DNA from: a virus | Taxonomy: Duplodnaviria; Caudoviricetes | DNA length: 57,901 bases | Virus record (IMG/VR): IMGVR_UViG_3300010042_000197 | Span: 1-57,901 of that record | Reading direction: 5' to 3' (one strand) | Shown: positions 36,730-45,899 of the stretch, one piece after another | Layout of the letters: each line of letters starts with the position of its first letter | How positions within the stretch are numbered: the first letter of the stretch is position 1 | Made by a program: the position numbers and the translations under genes | The notes under the pieces: generated by a model | Told to the model about the DNA's origin: nothing | Seen by the model: only the letters and a program-made list of their open reading frames with translations | Database searches by the model: none

Positions 36730-36841
36730 CGTCGGGCCGGCGCTCACCAGCAGCCCCAGGGAAGGCAGTCGTAGGACCCGACGGCGGTCTCCACCCGGAC
36801 GTCCGTGTCGGAACTCGACGTGGCTATGAGGGTGGGCCCGC

Positions 36842-37183
36842 TCACCGTCCGGCGCCGTCCTCTGACGCTGGCACCGTCCCCTGACGCGGCGCGAACTCCA
36901 GGCTCGCGCTCCACATGTCCGATGGGTCGGCCATGTACCGAATGCGCCGGACGAGGTAGCGCGTGGAGCCAGGCCCGTTCCGGAGCAGCAGAAAGTGGCC
37001 TTCCTCGATGCCGCAGCCCCACCCCATGGCAGTGAGGTTCCGCCCATCGTCGCGGACCTCCTGAATGACGTAGTCGTGCCCCCAGTACCTCTCCGTGTAG
37101 TCGTGCGTCTTCGGGGAGTTGGAGAGTGCGCGAAGAGCCGCCCCCGTCGCCTTCAGCAACGCATCCAGGCCGAGAGCCCTCAC
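36842..37183 (-). CDS. Hypothetical protein
   Basis: GTG start coupled to upstream stop; THDYTERYWGHDY..GWGCGI..IRYMADPSDMW. Confidence 0.55.
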   Translation of the reverse strand: MRALGLDALLKATGAALRALSNSPKTHDYTERYWGHDYVIQEVRDDGRNLTAMGWGCGIEEGHFLLLRNGPGSTRYLVRRIRYMADPSDMWSASLEFAPRQGTVPASEDGAGR

Positions 37184-37431
37184 GCCTCGCCCCCTCGCAT
37201 GCACTGGCACTCGGTGGAGTCCGTCCAGGTGGGGCACCCCGTCTCCTCCGGGTGCCACCGGGCGCCGGCGAGCACCATGAAGAACTCGCTCATGTGCCGG
37301 ACGAAGAGCGTGTCGCCCCAACGGACCATGCGGCCCGATGGAACAACTGCTGCAGAGACCTGGACAGACACACCGGACAGGAGGCGCCCAGCATCGGGAA
37401 CCTCGGGCTGAACGGCCGCGCGGAAGCTCAT
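37180..37431 (-). CDS. Small hypothetical protein
   Basis: 83 aa, coupled to the next gene. Confidence 0.4.
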   Translation of the reverse strand: MSFRAAVQPEVPDAGRLLSGVSVQVSAAVVPSGRMVRWGDTLFVRHMSEFFMVLAGARWHPEETGCPTWTDSTECQCMRGGEA

Positions 37432-37589
37432 GCGCCCGAGGCTGGCCTACGTCGAGGACGCCGTCCGGGCGGGGCACTAGGGACTCACGCCGCTGGGCTG
37501 ACCCGGGTTGCCCGCAGGAATCGAATCCCGGAGGATGCTGCCAGCCCGGTCGCCCCCCTCTCGCACACCTCCACGAGAGAAAATCGGCA

Positions 37590-38030
37590 ATGAAGAGCTT
37601 GAAACTGTGGCTGTTGGCCTGTGCGGTCAGTCTCGCGATGGGTTGTGGTGGCACGCCGACCGATATGGCCAGCGAGGGCAAGGAGATGAGTGTTTCCTCG
37701 CAAGAACTGACGGGATGTACCGCCACCTGTGCGCTGGGCACGGTCAGCTGCCCGTCGTCGACTCAAACCTGTTCCGCGACGAACAACGTGGGCGTGACAT
37801 GCGACGGCGTCGCAATTGCCTGCCCACCCACGGGATGCACGCAATGGATGATGAGCTGTGCTGTCATGCAGACCTTGCTCTGCTCCGAGGCCGAGACTAT
37901 TCCATGCTGTAGGGATGACTCGGAAATCGGTGAGTGCATTTGCACCGAATTCGGGCGACGCCCCCCGGTGCTTCTAATACTACCCGGTCAGATGAATCGA
38001 GCGTTGGCGCCCCGTGTTGATGAGGCATGA
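37590..38030 (+). CDS. Cys-rich lipoprotein, C terminus probably disrupted by IS
   Basis: MKSLKLWLLACAVSLAMGC lipobox and many Cys; the pattern stops at ~37975, where IS-like sequence begins. Confidence 0.65.
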   Translation: MKSLKLWLLACAVSLAMGCGGTPTDMASEGKEMSVSSQELTGCTATCALGTVSCPSSTQTCSATNNVGVTCDGVAIACPPTGCTQWMMSCAVMQTLLCSEAETIPCCRDDSEIGECICTEFGRRPPVLLILPGQMNRALAPRVDEA

Positions 38031-38320
38031 CACCCGCAAAGTTACGCAAGCTCGACCGGGAACTGAACGAGTTTCTGGACTCAATGACGGTGGGACTGGG
38101 CCGCACCGAGGGACGTCGCGCCCTCGGCGGCTACGTCACGGACCTGCTGCTGGACGGAGAGCGCAAGAGCATCGAGCCCATGGCGGCCCGGCTCGTTGAG
38201 GAGCCGGGCCAGACGGAGGCCATGCGCCAAAGGTTGCAGCAATGCGGGTCCGGCGCGAGCTGGGAGGATTCCGAAATGCGACGGCGCCTGGCGCAGCAGC
38301 TTGAGCGAGAGCTGCCCCCC
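38027..38320 (+). pseudogene. IS701-family transposase N-terminal fragment
   Basis: YVTDLLLDGERKSIEPMAARL..QRLQQ..ASWEDSEMRRRLA; no DDE core follows. Confidence 0.8.
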
Positions 38321-38440
38321 GTATATGGAGCGGGACTTCGGCAGGTACCTGGAATGCGGAGTGCTGGCGCACGGCTTCGCGCGGGTGCGCTGCGAGAGTT
38401 GCAAGGACAAACTGCTCGTCGCCTTCTCGTGCAAGGGGCT
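38312..38440 (+). pseudogene. IS91-family transposase zinc-binding domain fragment
   Basis: PYMERDFGRYLECGVLAHGFARVRCESC...VAFSCKG. Confidence 0.8.
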
Positions 38441-38519
38441 GACTGCGTTGACTCGGTCGCCCACCGGCAGTATCTTGCGCTATCCGCAGTCTTTTACATT
38501 GTTTGATGAATGGGGGAAC

Positions 38520-38927
38520 ATGTCAGGTTCAGCGCTTGAATCACGTCGTATCATCGACATTTCGGAGCTCGGCCAGAACCCCGGCCTCTTTTCCTGCCCG
38601 CAAAGCCAGACGACCCAGTTTTTTTTCTTCGGGGTGCAGGTGAGTGGGTTGGCCGTGGGGACGACGAAGGTGACCATCAATCTGCTCTCCCCATTGCAGC
38701 TTGATGGCGACACGCAGGGGACTAGCACGACTGAGGTCCCAATAGTCGTACTGGCAGCGGCGGCCGTCATACCTGGTAAGGGTGGGGCCATCGTGGGTAC
38801 GGTCGATGTCACCTTCACGACCGACTTCAACGCACAGACCGTGACGGCGAAGCTCACGGGCAGGTACCTTTTCTCTTCCCTAGCGTACACGGGTATCGTC
38901 GCTTCCTGGGCCAACTCGGCCACGTAG
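38520..38927 (+). CDS. Hypothetical all-beta protein (moron)
   Basis: GGGGGA RBS, ATG at 38520, alternating beta-strand pattern. Confidence 0.55.
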   Translation: MSGSALESRRIIDISELGQNPGLFSCPQSQTTQFFFFGVQVSGLAVGTTKVTINLLSPLQLDGDTQGTSTTEVPIVVLAAAAVIPGKGGAIVGTVDVTFTTDFNAQTVTAKLTGRYLFSSLAYTGIVASWANSAT

Positions 38928-39281
38928 CCTGCGGTGCGCGCCGCCGACGGGCCCGGCCGCCCATCGACCTGCGACATGGTGATGGGCTTACGCATCCCAG
39001 AGCCAAAAGGCCCAGTCACCTACCGCGCACCCCATGGAAGCGCGGCCTGTCCACCCGCTTGGCTCACTGCTCGGGCGGCCCCTGCAGTTCCTCGCCGGGC
39101 GCGGGCTGCTGGGCACCTGACTCCACGAGCTGCGCCACGGCGTACCGCCAGCCCTGCTCCCGCGCCCTCACCTTCTGGGCCGCGCGGGCGCTGAACACCG
39201 TCCCGTCGGGCAGTAGTGAAGGGTGAGCGGCGTCGCACGCCCCCGGTACACCGCGTTGTGCGCCTGATAGATGTTCGGGGA

Positions 39282-39332
39282 TGACACGTCAGGTTTGCGT
39301 GTGGACGTGTCAATGCCCACGCTGACACGTCA
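39282..39332. promoter_or_regulatory. Three TGAC-N2-GTCA-like boxes, candidate operator array
   Basis: TGACACGTCA 39282-39291, GGACGTGTCA 39303-39312, TGACACGTCA 39323-39332; spacing 21 and 20 bp. Confidence 0.55.
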
Positions 39333-39495
39333 GCTCGAAGTTCTGAACGGTATCTCCAGACGAGCAGCGAATGACTATTCTCCTGGCATCTCGCTTGCTG
39401 TAGTCCCGGACCGACGTTCCTTCACCAAAGGCTGGCTGCAGACCACCACGCCAAAGGTCGCGTCGCCGTCCATTTTCCGCCTGGAGCTACAGACA

Positions 39496-39837
39496 ATGCG
39501 TATCCATCAAGCGGCCTTGATCATTCTCGCCCTGCAGGTTCTCGCCCCCTCCACCGCATTCGCTGAATTCTGGTGCGAGTGCCAAGGCGAGGGAAAGCTC
39601 ACCACAGCAGAGGCCAGCCTCACGTCATCAGTGGCCCAAGGCCTCTCTGGATGGGCAAACTTCAAGGTCGATAAGATTAGATTTTCAAGCTGGGGCCGTC
39701 TCTGGAATAATCCGGATACCGCCTGGACTGAATGCAAGCATTGCTTGTCCAGATGCGCTAACGAAAGGGCCCCCATTGGAGTATGCAAGCAAAAAGCCAG
39801 CCTTGCTTGGTTTGAAGCCAGCTACAGGCGTGAATGA
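39496..39837 (+). CDS. Small secreted Cys-rich protein (moron)
   Basis: GGAG RBS, signal peptide ending AFA, six Cys. Confidence 0.65.
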   Translation: MRIHQAALIILALQVLAPSTAFAEFWCECQGEGKLTTAEASLTSSVAQGLSGWANFKVDKIRFSSWGRLWNNPDTAWTECKHCLSRCANERAPIGVCKQKASLAWFEASYRRE

Positions 39838-39979
39838 CAGAGAGAGGCGACTCAAGCGCTGCGCTGGATGTAGCGATTGAGAACGTACCACACGACAGCG
39901 CAACCGAGGGCGCGCAACACGCTGCGCCGAGGTGCCGCTCCTACAGGAGGTGCCGACTCCGCGCCCACTGCCCGCACCT

Positions 39980-40288
39980 CTACGCTCGACACGTGGCACC
40001 TCCGCCCCTGGCGAACACCTGCGGCGTGACGAGCGCTGTGATGAACACTTCCCGCGTCAGCACCATGTCGCCGTCCAGCACCAGAGCCCGGCACTGCCGG
40101 TGGAAGAGTCGGGACAGAGAGTCCCGCGTCCATTCCCGCAGGACACGGCGCATCTTCCTCACCCCGCCCCGGTTCCCCTGGACGTCGAAGGCCGCGCGGG
40201 CCCGCGAAGGCACCAGGCACGGCAGCTCCGAGACGCGTTCCCCGCCTCCCAGCTCGTAGTGAACGAAGTGCCACTCCAGCGCCCTCAC
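39980..40288 (-). CDS. Hypothetical protein
   Basis: GTGA overlap with the portal stop; GGAGG upstream. Confidence 0.5.
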   Translation of the reverse strand: MRALEWHFVHYELGGGERVSELPCLVPSRARAAFDVQGNRGGVRKMRRVLREWTRDSLSRLFHRQCRALVLDGDMVLTREVFITALVTPQVFARGGGATCRA

Positions 40289-41841
40289 GCGACACCTCCA
40301 GCAGCGACACCATGCCCGCCGCCAGCGGGGGGCGGCTGCGGGGACGTCGTGCGGCCGGGAGGCCGGGGCTCGTCCTTCGGCGCCGAGCGAAGCGTGCCCA
40401 ACCTCGGCCCCTCGGCCGCCAGCTCCTCCTCATTCACTCCCACGTCGAAGTCCGCGGAGAGAGTCCCCCGCCGCTTGAGCTCCTTCAGGTAGTTCGGGCG
40501 GGAGAGGTCTTGCGCCTGGCGCGTCTTGAAGAGCACCTCCAGCCCCTGCGCGTCCCCCTCCTCCACGCCGAAGTCCGTGTGGACGGACACCTTCAGCTGG
40601 TCGTCCGGTACCTCCAGGGACACCCACCGGGCCGCGAAGTGGAAGGCCAGGGCCAGCGAATCGCCGAAGCGGCGGGCCATGGACTGGAGCTTCGAGTAGC
40701 TCTGGCCAGTGTTGATGTCCTTCTCCGTCGCCGTGGTGTTGCCCTTCCGCCTGACGACCAGCTCGATGCTGAGCGCCGCCATCTGGTCCTCCAGGCGCTC
40801 CAGGTCCTTCGCACCGGCCTCGATGGCCGCGCCGCCATGCTCGACGTAATAGAACTTCCCCTGGGGGTTGGTGGTGGTGAGCAGCGAGTGGGGGCCAATG
40901 GTGATGCCGGACCGCGCACCGGGACGCCCGAGGAACTCCACGTCCTCGGCGCTCATCCCTTCCGTGCTGGTGCGCTCTTCTCGCGGCGACTCCTCCGTCA
41001 CGCCCGAGGCCGCCAGGATGGGGAACCGCGCCACGGTGAGGATGTTTCGCTGGTCACTGGCGGACTGCCAGTGCTCCAGGTTCTTCTCCGCCAGGGACAG
41101 CAACGGCGGGCGGATGAGCATGAAGCCCTTCGGCTTGCCCGCGTACCAGGTGACGAGGGGGATGAAGCCCAGCGTGTTCTCCCCGCCATCCACCAGCGTC
41201 CAGGTGTCCTTCCCCTCCCGCTCGAAGAGTTTCCACGCCTCCCGCTCGATGACGCGCACCCGCTCCACGGCGGCTTCCTCGTAGCCAGACACCTTCGTCA
41301 CCACCTCGCGGATGCGGACCTGCGTCAGCACCTGGGCGCCGCCCTCCACGGTGGCGTAGGCAGCCAGGAGCGCGTCAGCAGGCACGTGGACGAAGTAGGG
41401 GCGGATGTCCGCCTCCACCTCGTCCGCCCGCGTCTGCACCCGGGCCCTGTCCACCTTGGGGAAGTCGACGAGGATGTGCGTCAGCCCGTTGGCCAGCCCA
41501 TCGGTGAAGACGTTGCGGGCCCAGGACGTCAGGTCGTTGCCCTGCCTGTCCACGTCGCCCACGAGGTTGTGCAGCTCCTCGGGCGCGGAGTCCGCCAGCA
41601 CCACCGGCTTGGTGAAGGGCATCTCCGCCAGCGTGGAGAGGGACGTCTCGAAGTAGTTGAAGAGGAAGCTGCGCTGGAGGCGCTCCTTGTAGGCCTCGTC
41701 GGACTCGCGCGCGTGCCGAGGCAGGTACGTCGTCGCAGCGGCGCGCATGGCCTCCGTGCCCCCCTGGAGGGCCTTCACCATGGCCCAGTGCGGCTCCATC
41801 GCCTTGTAGGCGCTGCTCTTGTTGCTCACGTCGGACGTCAT
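40285..41841 (-). CDS. Portal protein (DUF4055-type)
   Basis: GGTEAMRAAATTYLP..ESDEAYKERL..DVDRQGNDL..ILVDFP..IPLVTWY..PPLLSLAEKNLEHWQSASDQRNIL. Confidence 0.9.
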   Translation of the reverse strand: MTSDVSNKSSAYKAMEPHWAMVKALQGGTEAMRAAATTYLPRHARESDEAYKERLQRSFLFNYFETSLSTLAEMPFTKPVVLADSAPEELHNLVGDVDRQGNDLTSWARNVFTDGLANGLTHILVDFPKVDRARVQTRADEVEADIRPYFVHVPADALLAAYATVEGGAQVLTQVRIREVVTKVSGYEEAAVERVRVIEREAWKLFEREGKDTWTLVDGGENTLGFIPLVTWYAGKPKGFMLIRPPLLSLAEKNLEHWQSASDQRNILTVARFPILAASGVTEESPREERTSTEGMSAEDVEFLGRPGARSGITIGPHSLLTTTNPQGKFYYVEHGGAAIEAGAKDLERLEDQMAALSIELVVRRKGNTTATEKDINTGQSYSKLQSMARRFGDSLALAFHFAARWVSLEVPDDQLKVSVHTDFGVEEGDAQGLEVLFKTRQAQDLSRPNYLKELKRRGTLSADFDVGVNEEELAAEGPRLGTLRSAPKDEPRPPGRTTSPQPPPAGGGHGVAAGGVA

Positions 41842-42080
41842 GGGCGGGCCCTCTCTGCGTGGCCGGGGCGGCGGAGGTGGACGTACTGCCAGGCCCGGAG
41901 GGACAGCCGGGACAGGCGTCGGGAGGTGCGGTCCGCGAGGTAGGCGTAGAAGCGCAGCACCAACACGGTGGAGTCGCGCCGGGCCGCGCGCGGCAGGCCT
42001 CGCCCGCGCAGGCGCCAGGTGGAGGCGGCACGGCGGCGTCCGGCCACCGGCGGCGTGGGTGCGCGGCAGGTGGCGCTCAC
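41838..42080 (-). CDS. Small basic hypothetical protein
   Basis: Coupled at both ends (GTGA with protease stop, ATGA with portal start). Confidence 0.5.
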   Translation of the reverse strand: MSATCRAPTPPVAGRRRAASTWRLRGRGLPRAARRDSTVLVLRFYAYLADRTSRRLSRLSLRAWQYVHLRRPGHAERARP

Positions 42081-42613
42081 CCGGACACCACCCGGAAGGG
42101 GCCACGCACGCCCGCACTGAGTCGCTCAGCCGCGCGCAACGCCATGCGCACCCGGGACTCGGGCTTGAGGTGCCAGGACGCGAAGAGGGCCCCACGCGCA
42201 GCCTCGCTGCCACACCCCACGGCGTCGTAGCCGTCACGGGCCTCGCCCACCTGGTAGTCGGCCTCGAGGCGGAAGAGGTGTCCCGCCACGCCGACGAGAA
42301 AGGTGCCGCCCAGCTCCTGCTCGCTCTGCTTCGTCGCCCAGCCCTTGTCCTTCAGCGCCGCGCGCACGGCGTCGACGAAGTCCACCACCATGTACCGGCC
42401 CAGCGCCCCGGGCTTCCTCGGCGGCGGTGGCGGGCTGAAGGCATGCTGGAGCAACTGCCCCATGCGGTAGGACGAGGTGAAGCCAATGAGGAAAGGGCCG
42501 TTGGAGAACACCTTCACGTCCGAGCGGACGGTGAGCTCGTACCCACCGACTCCAGCGCTGTCCCCGCCCAGGTACACGCGGCCCTTCGCCACCACGCCAG
42601 CAATGCACGTCAC
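42077..42613 (-). CDS. Ntn-hydrolase, proteasome beta-subunit / HslV-like threonine protease
   Basis: AGGAGGT RBS and GTG start giving (M)TCIAG..LGGDS..KVF..IGFTSS..AVGCGSEAARGAL..ALRAAE..VRGPF. Confidence 0.82.
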   Translation of the reverse strand: MTCIAGVVAKGRVYLGGDSAGVGGYELTVRSDVKVFSNGPFLIGFTSSYRMGQLLQHAFSPPPPPRKPGALGRYMVVDFVDAVRAALKDKGWATKQSEQELGGTFLVGVAGHLFRLEADYQVGEARDGYDAVGCGSEAARGALFASWHLKPESRVRMALRAAERLSAGVRGPFRVVSG

Positions 42614-43113
42614 GTTGTCACCTCCTGCGCCATGCGGCGGACAGCGGACTCGCCGCGCACCAGGGTGAAGAGAGAGGCCATGGGGGCACCCATGTCGGCC
42701 GGGCCCGCCAGCAGCAGGTGCAGCACCTCGGGCCGGGAGGGCGTCAGCGCCCCTTGAATGGAGGCCACGTCCGTCGCGGACAGCACCGCGGGGCCGCCCG
42801 GGTGGGTGTGCCAGTCGCCCAGGTAGCCCAGCCGGGGGTGGATGCGCGCCACCAGCTGGGTGTCCCGCGCCCCGTCCGACTCGTAGCCCAGGCGGCTGCG
42901 ACGCGCGCGCCTTCCCGGGCCCGTCAGCGCCAGCACGTGGGCCTCGCCGTCCACCACCTGCCCCAGCAGCAGCCCGCCCGTCTCCAGCGGGGCGCGCACG
43001 CGGGCCAAGCGCTGGGCCTTCGCCAGCACCGCACTCCGCACCCAGACGCGGTACGGGCCGGACACGTACAGGGCGGCACCTGGTGCCGGTGCCATGGCGC
43101 ACGCGACGCTCAC
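42610..43113 (-). CDS. Stand-alone JAB/MPN (Mov34-like) metallo-isopeptidase
   Basis: PLETGGLLLG..TGPG..YLGDWHTHPGGPAVLSATD = E..HxH-x7-S-x2-D JAMM motif; start is GTG 43113 (coupled to terL stop) or ATG 43095. Confidence 0.85.
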   Translation of the reverse strand: MSVACAMAPAPGAALYVSGPYRVWVRSAVLAKAQRLARVRAPLETGGLLLGQVVDGEAHVLALTGPGRRARRSRLGYESDGARDTQLVARIHPRLGYLGDWHTHPGGPAVLSATDVASIQGALTPSRPEVLHLLLAGPADMGAPMASLFTLVRGESAVRRMAQEVTT

Positions 43114-44726
43114 CGGTAGCTCCCCACCTTGAAGGTGTCGGCATCCTTGCCCAGCATCAGCTCCGTCAGTGCCCACACCGCGGCGTCCATGCGGTTGGGG
43201 CTCCAGGTGGACTCTCCCGGCACCCAGGTCGTCATCTCGTCCTCGAGGGCAGGCAGCAGGCCCACGTGGTGCACCTTCCCGCGCTCGTACAGGGCGGCCA
43301 CGGGCTCGGCGCGCTTCGCCTTGCCGCGAGAGGCCGTCACCACCTTCACGTTGACGGGCTTGCGCATCTCCTTCGCCTTGCTGCGAATGGTGGTCTCCAC
43401 CATGTCGCCGCCGAAGTTCTTCTCGCCCACCACGGCGTCGGCCACCTCCCGCTCGTAGGCCGCCAGCGCCTTCGTGGCCCACGCCTCGGCGGAGAGCTTC
43501 CCAGAGGCGTCCAGCCACACGTAGGCGTGCCCGTTGGAGGCCTTGCCGGCGCAGACAATACCCACCTCATCGTTGCTGGGGCCGTCCCCGCCTGCCGGGT
43601 CCACTGCCACCACCACGCGCACCATGGGCAGCGGCTTGCCCTCGGCGTCCACAGGCTTCGGCGCGCGCGTGTTCTCCAGCGTCTCCGGCGTCCACAGCGC
43701 GCCCACCGCCGCCGCCTTGAAGGCCTCCTCCACCGTCGCCGGGTACTCGCGCCGGAAGTCGGCCACGCCCTTCTCGAAGCCGGACACCTTCGAGCGGCGC
43801 CACGCCAGCTGCCCATCGTCCAGGGCGTAGCCGTGCACCTGGTGGCACAGCTCCGCGTACCGCACCTCCTCCGAGGTGCGCTCGAAGCCCGCGGGCACCG
43901 CCAGGCGGTACTCGTCCTGCCAGAACCACGGGATGAAGATGAGCTCGTACTCGTTCTCCCCCTTCTGCGCCGCGAGGCAGAGCCGGTAGAAGAGTCCCTG
44001 CGGCCCGTCGCTGGTGGACTCGAGGATGATTTCCGTCCCCGGCACGTTGCCCACGGCCTCCAGCACGCCGCGCATGTGGCCCGAGGCGTTGGGCCAGAAG
44101 GCGACTTCCGAGCCGTGGAAATACTGCAGCGTCGACGAGCGCCCCGTCCCCTTGCTCCCTGCGGTGCCCACCTTGTATCCAGAGGCGAGCTTGTCGAAGA
44201 GCAGCTCCTTCGCGTTGGACGCGCTCGTGGTGGGCTTCACGAGCGCCGGGCAGTGCTCGTGGTACGTCTTCGCCATCTTGAAGAGGTTCGCCGTCGCCGG
44301 GTCCTCGTGCGTCAGGATGTAGGCGCTCACGCCCTTCCGGTGCGTCACCCGCCAGTAGAAGCGCGCCTCCACGTACGTGCTGCACCCCTGCTGCCGCCCC
44401 TTGAGGATGATGGCGCGCACCCTCCCCGTCTTCCGGAGCTGCGCCTCCAGCCTCTCGTGCAGGTACAGCTGGGCCTTGTTCAGCTTCAGCTGCGGCAGCT
44501 CCGCCCCAGACACCTCCTTCGGGCGAATCCGCAGGCACTTCTCCGCGTAGTGGGGGAAGTCGTCCTTCAGTCGCTGGCGGATGGCCTTCTCTCGCGGCGA
44601 CAGCTCCTTCTGCACCTCCTGCGCCGCCGGCCGCCCACCACGCCCCCTCAGCTCGCGCGGCTGACGGCGCCGAGCCACCTGCGACCGGAGGGAGGGCTTC
44701 TTCCGCGCCTGCCGGGCCGCGCTCAC
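43110..44726 (-). CDS. terL: Terminase large subunit
   Basis: LNKAQ..ILKGRQQGCST (Walker A), FHGSEVAFW, ILESTSDG, VVVAVDPA, GEKNFGG, SPNRMDA. Confidence 0.93.
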   Translation of the reverse strand: MSAARQARKKPSLRSQVARRRQPRELRGRGGRPAAQEVQKELSPREKAIRQRLKDDFPHYAEKCLRIRPKEVSGAELPQLKLNKAQLYLHERLEAQLRKTGRVRAIILKGRQQGCSTYVEARFYWRVTHRKGVSAYILTHEDPATANLFKMAKTYHEHCPALVKPTTSASNAKELLFDKLASGYKVGTAGSKGTGRSSTLQYFHGSEVAFWPNASGHMRGVLEAVGNVPGTEIILESTSDGPQGLFYRLCLAAQKGENEYELIFIPWFWQDEYRLAVPAGFERTSEEVRYAELCHQVHGYALDDGQLAWRRSKVSGFEKGVADFRREYPATVEEAFKAAAVGALWTPETLENTRAPKPVDAEGKPLPMVRVVVAVDPAGGDGPSNDEVGIVCAGKASNGHAYVWLDASGKLSAEAWATKALAAYEREVADAVVGEKNFGGDMVETTIRSKAKEMRKPVNVKVVTASRGKAKRAEPVAALYERGKVHHVGLLPALEDEMTTWVPGESTWSPNRMDAAVWALTELMLGKDADTFKVGSYR

Positions 44727-45316
44727 TCCAACTCCCCCAGCGCTTCCTCGTGGCTCTTCTTCACCTCCGTCAGCTCCACCTTGTCGGTGAAGAGCTTCAG
44801 GTACTTGCCCAGCAGTTCCAGCGCCTTGTCCTTCGGCCAGAGCTTCAGCTTCGTCACCGTGCCGACCTGGACGCGCTCCTCCCCCTTCCCCGCGAAGAGC
44901 TCTTCCACCTCGATGCTGGAGATGGCCCGGCGGAAGTCCTCGGGCATGTCCTTCAGCATGAGCACCCCACCGCGCTCGCCCACCCCCTGCCCGATGTCGG
45001 AGAACGCCAGGCGCCGCAACTCGCGCAGCACCTCTGACACCTCGACCCGGACCTCGTCCTGGACCGCCTCCTCGAGCGCGGCTTGGCCAGCCTCCACGGC
45101 CGCCAGAACCTTGGCATTCCTCAACAGGCGGGAGCCCTGCGACTCCGCCGTCTTCGCGGAGTAGCCGGCGCGAATGGCGGCCTGGGCCGCGCAGGAGTCC
45201 TTCAGGTACTCCCGGACGAAGGCGCGCTGCTTGGGCGTCAGCTCGCGCGAGGCATCGCCCGTGCCGTCGTCCGGCTCCGGGGCGTCAGGCGGGGTGGTGG
45301 GGGGCTTTCGTGCCAC
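44723..45316 (-). CDS. terS: Terminase small subunit
   Basis: LTPKQRAFVREYLKD..AAIRAGYSAKTAESQGSRLL..KDKALELLGKYL. Confidence 0.92.
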   Translation of the reverse strand: MARKPPTTPPDAPEPDDGTGDASRELTPKQRAFVREYLKDSCAAQAAIRAGYSAKTAESQGSRLLRNAKVLAAVEAGQAALEEAVQDEVRVEVSEVLRELRRLAFSDIGQGVGERGGVLMLKDMPEDFRRAISSIEVEELFAGKGEERVQVGTVTKLKLWPKDKALELLGKYLKLFTDKVELTEVKKSHEEALGELE

Positions 45317-45459
45317 GGCGCCGAGTGTTGGCGCGGGTGGGGACGGTGTCCGGGTCGCCGACCAACGACGGGCTGTCAACCGGGAGCCACCCGGAGTGGG
45401 CTACAGTCTTCTCGGTTGGGTCACCCACGCGGCAAAGCCGCATTGCCCGGACGAGTTGC

Positions 45460-45822
45460 ATGTCGATCATCGAGCGGTTGATCGAGTTGAAGGCAAAGGC
45501 TCGCAGGAAGCACGGGGGCGAGGAATTCTACCTCCGCGCTACCGAGGATATCGAGGGAGACCTCGCGTGTCTGCGCTACGACGACGTCGGCCCCCTCGCG
45601 ACAGAGATCGTCCTCAAAGGACCTGAAGCCGCGATTGGCGCTTCAATCCTTGGAATGACTGTCATCTGGCGCGCCTTACCCAAGGCGAAGGCGGTCGAAG
45701 AAGATGATTTGGTCGTCCCCTTCAGCGAGCTCAATGCTAGGGAGCGCGCCGACCTTGAGGGGAAGGGGCGCAAGGTGAAACAACCGCCCCCGGCAGCGCC
45801 AACCACAAAGCGCCGGAAGTAG
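45460..45822 (+). CDS. Hypothetical protein
   Basis: MSIIERLIELKAK..., 120 aa, opposite strand. Confidence 0.55.
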   Translation: MSIIERLIELKAKARRKHGGEEFYLRATEDIEGDLACLRYDDVGPLATEIVLKGPEAAIGASILGMTVIWRALPKAKAVEEDDLVVPFSELNARERADLEGKGRKVKQPPPAAPTTKRRK

Positions 45823-45899
45823 CCCGGCCCTCGCCAACTCCCCTCTGCGCAAGGCCACCAAGGTGCTGGCGCCAGGGGTTGACCGTGCCAGCGCATCCT

